The notes under the pieces are model-generated. The model ran no database searches. It worked only from the letters and a program-made list of their open reading frames with translations, and was not told the DNA's origin. This document shows positions 25,801 to 36,500 of a DNA stretch of 64,000 bases, one piece after another. Position 1 is the first letter of the stretch. Each line of letters opens with the position of its first letter. The DNA is from Veleropilina oligotropha (lineage: Eukaryota), in the NCBI GenBank assembly GCA_048128005.1, contig JBEUKZ010000112.1:186001-250000 (forward strand), given 5' to 3'. Both the position numbers and the translations under genes were made by a program.

Positions 25801-28800
25801 ATACCGTTTGATAACGATTGATAAATATTTGAAACAGTGCAAATCTTTCATAGTTAATTTATCAGGAAAATAGGCATATCAAACTATAAGAACAACATAA
25901 TGAAGTGAATAATAATACCGTTGGTCGCATCTACTTAGTTTCTCACCTCCAATGTGGGGCAGTCTGCTTTGCTTCTAATCAGAGTTGTGGGCACATCTAA
26001 GTCGGCGTATTCATCCTCTAAGTCGACTATATATGCCATCCTCTTAGGCAAAAACAGTTCATTTCTCTCAATGTGACGAGGTTTGAACAACGCCCGATGA
26101 ATATTTCTTCCTGAAATGCAAGTTACAAAACATCAATTTTCTGATGGCTCCTAAACAATATAAAATTCAATATGGGAATAGATAACACATATATAATTCC
26201 TTACTTTCAAAACCACACTTGCCATTTGGTATGCAAATGCAAAGAATGATCATTTCAAACTATTGTGTAATGTTGTTAGATCTATGCGAAATACATTTTA
26301 TCCAAATTGGATGATTGCTGTTATGAAAATATTAGATTATATGCGCTTTTCTAACTGGCCACACCAGGGTTCAAATTTGGGTAACAATCCGTCAATCCGG
26401 AGCCTCTTTTACGCCGGATTGGTCCCGGATTTGTTAGGACATCGTAGTAGAAATCCGTTGGGATTGGCAACTTTTACGAGCAGGAAAATGCACATTTTCG
26501 GCGAGATTCGATATTGTATAATAATACGTGAAAATAAAATCTTATTCATGATCTCGTTTTTTAAATCATAAAAAATGTAATAAAGCTACTTAACAAAATG
26601 TGTTTTCAATTGTTGTCTTTATCTTACTTCGACTCGCAAACAAAAATAACTGCACCATTTTGCAAGGAACACGTGACATAGGGAGTTTGCAGTAATGTAC
26701 ATGAAAGGAAATTACCTTTTGCTGGTTAATGCAATAATAAAATGAAATATTTGAGACAATTACTTGAAAAATTATTATAATAAATGATATCACAGCGATA
26801 ATTTTTGCCGAAAATGCAGATATCCGCAATAATCATGTGCGATAAGGCGGGAAGACAATGATTTCTACTACATTCGGGTTCGTTTAGCAGCGTCGGTTCT
26901 TTCCGTAAAAACTTCGTGCAATAGCCGGAATGAGTTTATTCCAGTAATTTTTTCGCTGCAAGACTTTCACATTGAGTCGTACGTGTGCGCGAAAGGGTAG
27001 AAAATGTGCAAAAAAGTCAATATACATTAACAACAATGAAGTTGGCGTGTACAGTAGTAATAGCAAGATTGAAAGCGCCAGAGAACGTCACTTTTTGAGG
27101 TGCCACGTGCTTTGCAGCCCGGGCTGTGGAGAACTGCAACCGTCGAAATTTCACGTCGCCATTGTTTAAAAAAATCGAGGTTATAATTATTACGGATTGG
27201 TAAAAATTGTGGCGGATTGGTAAATCTACTGGCCAATCAGTAGATTTATTTATTATCAGTAATATAGATTTATTTATTATCAGTAATTATTTCTTAAATT
27301 CTAACCCTGCACACCAGTAGCCAAGTGGACAAGAGCGCAGCCTCGGAATTCGCACTGTATCTGCAGCAGCGCCATCTAACATTAGTAGGTTTGAATCCTC
27401 AGTGGGGTACTCTTTTATACAGTTAACAGTCACAATTGTCCATAACCGGTCGTTATGCAGGGCTACAATGATTTCCTCTCACGCTGATATGGACATTCTG
27501 CCCAATTCTCATCGAGTTACTGAATACACAGCAGGCAGAGTTAAACGACATTAACCATTGATCCAAATCCTTACCTAACTTTGTCTTGAACTGGATTTGC
27601 ACTTCAGGAACTTCCACTTCTTCCCTGAAATGGCATAAAACAAGGATTGCCACACATAATTTATGAGCCTTAAACATACAGTCATGTAATAGGATAAATT
27701 TTACATATTATTATTCATAAATTAAACTACTTCTAGTTAAACAAGTCTGCATATTACCAACCAATTTGTTGTTTCTTGAACAACATTGTGCAAACTAGAA
27801 AAACATCATACTCGTAACTCGAAGTGTGTATCCCCTTTCACAGAAGATTGGGGATGTGACCTTATCATAACTATTATTGTGCATATTAAATTTGAAGTAA
27901 CTGTTGATTGGAGAGCATACACAATAAACGGAGACAAATCTTACTTTGTCTGCGTGACCACCTTATCCATCTCGTCCTCAACCTCACGCTCCTTGCTTGT
28001 GATTTCTGCTCGTACCTGAAGAAGATTGTTATTATTAATATGATGTCTGTGAATACATAAGATATACTCTAATTAGGGCAAAAGTATGTAAGTATTACCC
28101 TCAACTTTGGAGTGGATTGCGACATCTACATTTCCAGTTAACATTTTTTCAGTCATATTTTAGTCAGAACCTTTGTTTATTGTCTCCATTCAAAGGACAG
28201 GTCCCGATTTATAAGATATCAATTCAATTTATGTGTATAGTGTTAGCAAAAGCTATGCCAGTCATGAGTGTTGAAGCTGCAACTTGTTAAGTTACAGAGA
28301 ACTATTAGCATAGTACTTAAAAAAAATTAAAAATAATTTAATTATATTTGAATGTATACAGACAACACTAGTATCTGTTAACAATTCCACCCACAGTACT
28401 ACATGCTCAACATAGAAAATTGCACGTAAAAATGTTATTAGGTAAACTGACACGTATTTCATTTGCTCAAACATTATACAGGTGATAATCACACACATAA
28501 TGAAAGTAATTAACCATTGAATAACCTTTGATTCCAAACCAAAATATACCAGGCATGAATGACTTGCAGACAATGAGTTTCAGACCACAGTAATACATAC
28601 CTTCTCTAACAGTGCGTAATCCAAGCCCTTCACTAAGTGGGTGTGCTCCATGTCACCACCCAGGTACTTGGACTCCTGAATCACCTGTTTACGGCGCTCA
28701 GCATAATTTTCGATTCTGCATAGAAAAAAAACCTCATATCATAATAATAAATCACATTGCGGATGATCCATCATAATATGATACGTGACATAGCTAATAC

Positions 28801-31800
28801 ATAGGAAACAAAGAACATTTCAGAGACTTAAAGTAATAAAATATTTATAATATTACATAAGAAAATGTTTCTGCACCAGGACCGTACAATTAAACATAGC
28901 CGCCTTGACTGAAACACTGTCTCACCTGGGATTCAAACCCACACCGTCATAACCAGCGCAGTCAACGAGTTGATTACAGACAACTGTGCTGCAGAGGTAA
29001 TTCCGTAATGGAATAATATTATCACTTACGACTTGGCATCTGGAGCGACGGCTCTGTAGTCTGCTGTGGTGGACATGATTTCTGTCTGTTCATAATCCTT
29101 GTTGCTTCCGTCGCGTCTCTCTCTGGCCTGAAAATGAGTAAAATGTTTAATTTATTTACATCTAGTAAAATACCATTTATTTGAAAATAAGTAGCACATA
29201 TACAGGCATTCATGTAGTGGTAGTTCATGGGACAGTGAAAACTGATGTCTGCCTCGTAACCTTCGATCTGTTCAGGTGTACCTGACAGTCCACAATACAT
29301 ATCGTCAGCATGATAGTATTATATTATGGAATAAATTATTCATGGTTTCAAGAATCACTTACTACATGTATAGATAATAAATAGTAAATATAGATTTACT
29401 TACTTTGAAACAAAAAAAATTCGAAACGATTACGATGTTTCGGTCCGTCTACTGCGGACCTAGGTCACGTAATGACGGTTTATGACGTAGCGCTCTACGT
29501 GGCAGGAGAATCGATGTGTAGACGGCTGGAAGGTGGTAGCCCAGGTCCCGGTGGGTTTCAGTTGCCTGATGCATAGGGTTACCGTACGTGCAAGGTTTAT
29601 CTGAACCCCTAGCCCGGGTGTTCAAGAGTCATATTTAGCATGATAGTGGTCATAATGCGTTTGACAGTTTAATGATGGCAGACAGTGTTGAGAAGGTATA
29701 TTTCGAGTGCAATATATACATATGAACAATGTCATGTGGATTAAGAATTCTACATTATAGAATTAAGCAACCTCACCCGATCTCTGTACTTTGAATCCAG
29801 CTCCTTTTGCCTCTCCTCCTCAGTACGTTTAAGTCTGGCATAGAATCTGAAGAGAGGAAACATTGGATACACACTTTATAGGTCGCCAGAGCTGTTGAAT
29901 GGTGGATAGCAGCAACTATTGTGAAGGGTCAATAAACAACAAGAATTTTACACAAAGAATTCCATTGCTAGACATACACTGTCCATGACGTTATTTCCAA
30001 AATAAAATGGAAAGCATGTGAGTTCTTACATTTTCTTGTTCCTTCTCCTGGTGGCTGGGTCTAGACTCTCATCATCTTCTGGCTCCTCGGAATCATGAGA
30101 TATTCTGATGAACAAAGGAAATATATTAATAAAATGGCAGAGAAAGATATCAGTCCCAAATAAAACTAGATAAGTTATCAAAAACACAAAGCTCAACGCT
30201 AGCTTAAAATAACTACATTTTGTATTCAAAAATTCCAATTTATTACATATTTATCTTGATGAAATCATGAATATTGTTTTCAATATTGACTAATGTATTC
30301 CATATACAATATAATAAATTTTATAGCAGTGAAACTTATCAACATGTTGCTTGCTTAAATAACAGCGTACTTACTGACTGTTGAGGCGACTCGCTGACGA
30401 AGGAAAGGAAGAGCTGTTCGGTTCTTTTGGAGTCATCAACAACTTCCGAAAGTCCTCATTGGTCATGTGATGTCTGGAGAATCAAACGTTCCCTTAAAAA
30501 CTACTCAAATACTACTTTAATGTTTGCTTTTACAATAGTTGTTAGTGCAATTACTGTATATGATGAATAATTCTATTCATATAGTTTGATAATGATGAAT
30601 CCAGGTTTAACAATATTCTATTTACATTCCAAATTTCAGCCCCAAATCATTTTGAACAGGTTTGATCTTCTTGTGTTTTAACCTGGAGATTATACAAACA
30701 CCAAAGAAGAAATCCATCTGATCAAACCAGTGACCGTTGAATAACTTCCAATGGACACAATCATCGGAAGATGGTGTATCCCCTCGGTGCAATGTTAACA
30801 AATTTCCCGTGCGGAATTCCACATGTGGATAACCGGACAAGAATAAACAGCATACATGGAAACATAGCCTAATACACACAGCAAGTTTCGTAAAGTTATG
30901 TCGAACGGTGTACGAGATACACTCCGGAAAAAATAACATGAACGAATTTATAGCAAGGGCAATAACTCTGTTAATAATCACCGCACAACGTCGAGACTGG
31001 CAGAAGGCATCAGTTCACCTACTACGTAAATTACTAATATACCCAGCAAGTTTCATAAAGTTATGTTGAGAAGTGTGCGAAATACGCTCCTGTAAAGATA
31101 ACATTTAAGAATTTACAGGAAGGGCAATAACTCTGTTAATAATCGCTGCACAACATCGAGACTGGCAAAAGGCACCAGTTCACTTACTACGTAATACACC
31201 CAGCGAGTTTCGTAAATTTATGTCTAACAGTGTATGAGATATGCTCCGGAAACGATATCGATTACATACAGACAGATGGATAGACAGATGGACAGACAGA
31301 CTGGGCGATCGCAAGATCCTCCCGGTTTGCATCGGGGGGGATAATAATGTAATAATAAATTAATAATGTTGGCTACTTATATTGCGCCTTTTCATGAACT
31401 AATGCTTGCGCTACATCATTATTACTCTCTAGTTACCGGCCTGTTCTGTTCGATATTCCATCTCAACTCTCTTTGAGAGTATTACAGCCGAGCTGCCATT
31501 TATAGGTGCATCAGACTTGTCATACTGACAATTTCCGTCACTGCCAACCAGGTACCCACTTAGATCTTATATCGGCTAGGTGACACCGAGGCACATATAT
31601 GCTTAAATCCTTGCCCAAGGGAACTCGCCGGGATCGGGGATTGAACTCCAAACCTCTCGATGAGAGGCCAATGGACTACCACTGAGCCACGACGGCACAC
31701 AAATGTAATTACTCCAACTAATATTTGTCTACTGGATCTCTGCCCAGTGAGAGATGTAATTACCCCAGCTAATATTTGTCAACTGAATAGGTCGACAGTC

Positions 31801-33191
31801 TTATGAGTCTGCTACAGACCACTTACTCATCATCATCATCATCGCTCTCATGGTGATGCACCTTGTGATCAGCCGGGGGGAGCGGGTTGGAGAACACTTC
31901 GGAATCGCCTGAAAAATGAAATATTATTAGTACATCAATTGTCTTATAAAGATACTAGTCTCCAGTTAGATCAAGGCAGTATAGACCTACGGGCTTCCGA
32001 TGTGAAGCTGAAAAAAATCTTATTCTCTCCTTTTTCACAGTTTTCGAGTGAAAGCTATCCGGATCTCCGTGTTGCATCTGGATGATGCGACGGGTGATTT
32101 CACCAATCCTAGAGAGCATGTAAACAAGACTTTGGTCCATTTGTCCATAAACACATTGTTCTCTCTTGTTTCTGATGAAGACCACCTATAAAGGTTGAAA
32201 CCGGTCAGGGTATAGACTTATACACAGGCGCACTCCCAGTATAGTTGAGTGGTACTTCCTCACTACTATTAGTACATCAGTTGTCTTGGTTAAACTTAAC
32301 TGTTTTAATGTGTAATATTAATAGAAAGGAATGGCTTATTACGTTGTTGTGCCTGTGGGTTGCTAGGCTACATCCCGAGTTCCGGTGTGATGGGAGTTGC
32401 CGGAAGCAGATGTGCTGGAATGCCCGGATACGCTCACAAATCCACGACCTGCACAGGATCCTTCATCTTACGACACAAACCAGCGAGATTCAAATTATCC
32501 AGCTTGCCCAATCAATCAACGTTCAAGAATCCAAACAACAGGGCAATTCGAACGTGCCCAAATCGCTGCTCAAACTCCCGATCTAGAGGACTTGCCTGGC
32601 GACCACCGACGAAACATGATGTAAATTACTTTTATCTACGTATTCGCCCCAATCCAGTTTGGGTAAGTGACAGCATATAGCTGTTGCGGACCCCACTCAG
32701 CACCGCACCACAACCTCCCTGTTCAAAGGTTTGGAACAGTGTAACAGATATGTTCCCGGGCATGCCAAAAAATTGTATGAGGTATAGGTTGTCACCGTTA
32801 CACAGTGCCCGTCAATCCGATAGAGACATTAAACGAGTGGGCCCTGACGACAGACACATCTGTTTTTAAAATATGTGGTCGTAAAACTAAACTGATTCAC
32901 ACTCACCTTAGAACGGAGACGTTAAGCTGAGATACAAACAACTATACGACTAAAACTGTGCTTAAAATGTGGTCGTAAATCTGAACTGATTTAAATCAAT
33001 TCAAATGTAAAATTTGTCAGTTCCAGTGGTTTTTATTTCGGTTATCTCCCTTTTGTTTGTCCATTTTAACCTGTTAACGAGATATGCGCCATGCAATGCC
33101 TTTCAAAGCACAATTATGCTATAGCATGCAGCATTGTCAACTAAACAACTAATTAAGTATGGTAAACTGTCTAATACTTACGTTCTGGCAT
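7893..33191 (-). CDS. IK: Protein Red / IK (spliceosomal B-complex factor, SMU1 partner); 18 coding exons, ~574 aa
   Basis: Exons in transcript order: 33182-33191, 31827-31908, 30375-30473, 30030-30104, 29777-29846, 29030-29127, 28601-28715, 27945-28015, 27575-27624, 25947-26110, 24034-24142, 23633-23687, 22870-23089, 21204-21266, 18794-18825, 9730-9813, 9220-9375, 7893-8064. All splice phases are consistent (1725 nt). Translation MPERDSEVFSNPL..MTNEDFRKLLMTP..QESKYLGGDMEHTHLVKGLDYALL..TTNDIVINKLTQILSYLR..RD/RE-rich..NSYAECYPG..GRWDFDTQEEY..KAAFQYGVKMADGRKT matches the RED family. Confidence 0.95.
12343..13726. mobile_element. Helentron/HINE-like non-autonomous element with 158-bp internal tandem repeats (~7.5 copies)
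   Basis: ACTAGAG start, GACCTTGACCTTTGACCC-containing 158-bp units, GGACGACGGACG microsatellite, terminal hairpin CCTGCC/GGCGGG and A-run. It splits the LINE endonuclease between TETWLTST and DEFFVKSL. Confidence 0.7.
14714..15367. mobile_element. HINE-like element with ~160-bp tandem units, inserted in the LINE
   Basis: Three ~157-161 bp units (CTGTGCAAATA...GTTTATGTCCCAATAAACCTGCAT), (GGAC)n, terminal hairpin TCCCATC/GATGGGA and A-run. Confidence 0.65.
17158..18757. mobile_element. HINE-like element with 180-bp tandem repeats (17960-18665, ~4 copies)
   Basis: AACAAGAGCACCGC start, 180-bp units, (GACGCC)n, terminal TAGCTC/GAGCTA hairpin and A-run. The internal segment ~17590-17800 is shared in inverted form with ~57360-57570. 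Confidence 0.6.
18979..20895. mobile_element. Non-autonomous TIR DNA transposon (CAGGG termini, 5-bp TSD)
   Basis: TIRs CAGGGCTAGCGCTG / CAGCGCGAGCCCTG; TSD TCACT at 18974-18978 and 20896-20900; subterminal TTCGCCAA repeats. Confidence 0.8.
21693..22854. mobile_element. HINE-like element with ~130-bp tandem units
   Basis: ACTAGATATGTC start, repeated CAAGGGGCATAACTCC units, (CGGA)n and terminal hairpin ATGCCC/GGGCAT. An inverted related copy lies at 57948-58368. Confidence 0.65.
24159..25683. repeat. 52-bp minisatellite, ~24 copies, interrupted by a SINE
   Basis: Unit AATGTGTGGGATATACGGGTACACAAACAGTAATAACAGCCATGYAATGAAT. Confidence 0.95.
24957..25219 (-). mobile_element. tRNA-derived SINE with V-domain-like segment
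   Basis: A box TAGCGCAGTGG, B-box-like GGATCGACCC and V-like GGTTTACCCGGGCGACCGGGGTTTCCTCCC. A 14-bp TSD TGGGATATACGGGT lies at 24943-24956 and 25220-25233. Confidence 0.8.
26365..27309. mobile_element. MITE (CAGGG termini, 5-bp TSD) inserted in the head of a SINE
   Basis: TIRs CAGGGTTCAAATTT / AAATTCTAACCCTG; TSD CACAC at 26360-26364 and 27310-27314. Confidence 0.8.
27310..27560 (+). mobile_element. tRNA-derived SINE remnant
   Basis: A box TAGCCAAGTGG, B box GGTTTGAATCC, GATTTCCTC segment and GTTAAACGACATT 3' end. Confidence 0.55.
29420..29690 (-). mobile_element. Penelope-like element 3' fragment
   Basis: Minus-strand peptide (frameshifted) CIRQLKP..RDLGYHLPAVY resembles the PLE GIY-YIG C-terminus and is followed by a hammerhead-like hairpin. 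Confidence 0.6.
30836..31345. mobile_element. HINE-like element with ~170-bp internal repeats
   Basis: Duplicated AAGGGCAATAACTCTGTTAATAATC units, (GACA)n microsatellite and terminal hairpin. Boundaries are approximate. Confidence 0.5.
31346..31698 (-). mobile_element. tRNA-derived CORE-type SINE
   Basis: On the minus strand: A box TGGCTCAGTGG, B box GAGTTCAATCC, CORE-like CCCTTGGGCAAG...TGCCTC, and a GCGCAATATAAG + (ATT)n tail. Confidence 0.7.
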
Positions 33192-33533
33192 GTTGAATTT
33201 GTGTTTGTTTTGTTTCACTGAAATAGCCACTGCTTACACAAATCTTCTGCTGAAGCCTCGTTTTTCAGCGCTTCCAAACTATGTCACGGTTCAAGATATC
33301 TCCATATTTTAACGCGATTTATGCCTTATAATAGATAGCCTCGTTTTAGATTTAGTGTTGTGGGGCAGACATAATTTCCTAAAGAATGCGTGATAGTTTA
33401 CAGTGACGGCTTTACCATTGGTCAATGGACCACTTTTATTTTCGGCGATTTGAAAGCGCGGCGGTTTCGTTTGTTGTTTCTGAATTTGGATCTATTAACT
33501 CAGTCTTTTGTGTATATAATAGGGATATATAAT
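33192..33533. promoter_or_regulatory. Bidirectional promoter/5' UTRs of IK and HMMR with a CHR-like element
   Basis: 342 bp between divergent ATGs. ATTGG (inverted CCAAT) at ~33417; TTTCGGCGA followed by TTTGAA (33449-33454) ~80 nt upstream of the HMMR ATG. Confidence 0.7.
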
Positions 33534-36500
33534 ATGTCTTTTCCGCGTGCTAGTATTAAACGGTTTAATGATGCCAAGGGTAGGTATTGCTGTGCATTTA
33601 TATTTTATATTTAAGGTCAGTACATCATATTATTTGAAGAGAAAAGTAAAATGGGAGAGTTACAAAGATTGACCAGGATAATTCACAGGGGCCCGTAACG
33701 TTGTTTATCGTTCGTCTGTTTCCGTTTGACGATTGGCGCAGTTCATTGTTACTATATAATATAGACAAGGGAGGACACTAAGGACGGGACGCATGAAGCA
33801 TTATCCCGACATTTCACTGAATTATTTCATTTGTCAAAAGATGTTGGTTCGAATATGTCAAATTCGGGAAGAAGGATCATATGTGTGACAGTGTCCCGTT
33901 TATTTAGGGTACTTATGCAGTATACCCCCCCACCCAGATATTAAGTCTTGCCTGCCCATCTTATATACATTGTCACTGTTGTGTAGAAAACTACTAAAAC
34001 CTCCATGTCTTATATATTTGCCCATGACGCGGCTTCAAGCCCTGATCGGGCATTCATTTGTATTACTATAATTTAGGCAAGACTTAATATCTGGGTGGGG
34101 GTATACTGCATAAGTTCCTTATTTAGTTGTTGATTACAAGAAAGACTTAGTAATTGTTTGCAAGAGGTATGTAAGTTCATTTTTCAATATATTGTTTGTT
34201 TGTTGGGTGGGGGTGGGGGGGGGGGGGTATACTGCATAAGTACCTATGAGTTGTTGATAAAGCAGAGTGTTAAATACGCGTAATTTGCATTTTGTTCGTC
34301 ATGTTATCGAGTAGAGAGCAGCACACGCTGGTCATTGGTCACTATTCAAACCAACATCTTTTGACAAATGAAATAATTCAGTGAAATGTCGTGATAATGC
34401 ATCATGTGTCCCATCCTTAGTGTCCTCCCTTGTCTATATTATATATAGTAATAATGAACTGCGCCAAATCGTCAAACAGAAACGGACGAACGATAAGCAA
34501 CGTTACGGGCCCCTGTGGGATAATTGAACATTAATGTTGCCAATAACTTTATTATGCAAATGATTGTAAATTAATTAAGCTGTACATGTACGCCTATATT
34601 GGTATTTTGTAAAAACAATTGACATCAATGGTCGACTCTAAATGCAGGGTTCGCACAGTCATTGAAGTCCTTGAAAGTCATGGCATTGTATTAATCAGGT
34701 TGGGGAGAAGTCACTTTTCGGGATATATAAATTATCATATCCCGATCGGGATATGTATCTCAATCGGGATATAAAATTAGCAGGCTCTAATGTTGTTGGA
34801 GTAGGACCAGTGCGGCTCAATTTGATAGCATTATTTACTTATATACAGCCTCTCATATACTTACATTTGCTAGATTTTTGTTACTCGACTTCAAAAAACG
34901 ATTTTCAAAATTTTATATCCCGATCGGGATATAAGTTCCTAATCAGATTCTAAACGTCTGAGCTAAAATTTCTCACTGCAGAATATTTATTCTAATGGTG
35001 AAAATCACGGCCCGTGGCGAAAAATACTAAATTTCAATAAAGTAATTACAGTTTATCACTTGCATTGGTATATGTTCCTTTATACCAAATAACACTGATA
35101 AGCTACTTTGGAACACAAAACGGACGGTTTTAACTTTTACAATGTAAACAAAAGACGGTAACCATTTTGTGACGTTAGCATTTCGTTTGACGGTTAAACA
35201 TTGACAAATAATGCGTTTTATCATACATTATGACAACAAAATCACTAAAAACTAACAGGTATGTATATATTCATGCATATTTATACAATTTAAGTATTTA
35301 CTGTTTGTTTCACTGTATTTTTAATTAGTAATTTGCTCCAAAACCGTTCCCGACGAAATCCGTCGGGAACCTAGCGCTCATCATAAAAGGTGCTTCGGAT
35401 ATATGAGGTAGGGTATGAAAGGCACGTCAACCCGGTCTCATATGTTATAGGAGTACAATGGTCCTGAATTTAACGGCGAAAAATCGACATATTTCGTTGA
35501 TTTTCAGCCGTGAAATTAAGATCCATCGAGGCGAAATTTCATAGCATTGTTTACCTATATAGCCTCTCATATACCTACATTCGCTAGATTTTTGTTATTT
35601 GACTGCAAAAAACGTTTTTTTAAATTTGATATCCTGATTGGGATATATTATATATCCCGATTGAAATATATATCCTGAAAAGTGACTTCTTCTCAACCTG
35701 TTAATGCTGTTTCAAGGCCCTTGAAGTCATGGAAAATCTGACATTTGGGCAGAAAATTTTGGAAAAGTCATTGAATTTTACTTTTCGTTGTTATCTGACT
35801 AAAATGTGTCTGTGGTGGTTGCAGAATAAATTATAGCTAGGCCTATAGTAAAAATGAAATGGAGCGCGGATTAAGCAAGGTTTGGTTTAGGGTTACCTTT
35901 GAACTATTTCGTATTCAGAAAGTTACCCTTGAAATTCGGAAAGTAGTCCTGGAAAGTCCTGGAAATTTGCCATTAATTTGCCAATATTACAAATTGTCTT
36001 TGAAAACTTAAAATAGTAGATCACGAATTGGCTCAAAATATGGTTCATTCGAATGTTGATTTGAAAGACAACTTGATGTAACATGAAATATTTTTTTTAT
36101 AATAGACTGATTTCAGTAGGTTAAGAATTCACTTTTGCTATCATTATTAAATAGACATGTGTGTAATATAGAAAATTGTTTATTTATTTATATTTGATAT
36201 ATAATATATATAAATTTGTGAATTGTATTTTATTATTTTAGGATGTGCACCACCCGTTGGGTCCTATGACCCAAAACAAGAAGACAAAAATTCTGCAATG
36301 GGGTTTGATAAGAGCGATCGATTTCGCCAGAGTAAAGGTGTGTAGACTGTGATGCTTCGCCTGGTCATTTATAACCTTTATAGTGCCATCCCTGTGTGTT
36401 GCATGATTGTCAATTGATAGAGATGTTACATTTCATTTTGGGTTTCGATTGCAATACGAATGAAAAATTGTTTAAGAGACTATTGCCCGTAAATGTGCTC

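Noticed and set aside
24957..31698. tRNA genes at the A/B-box sites (near 25200, 27320 and 31680)
   Set aside because: No cloverleaf forms, and each is followed by a SINE body and tail.
31955..32960. Short ORFs in IK intron 1, possibly an old LINE/SINE 3' end
   Set aside because: No diagnostic motif could be confirmed by eye.
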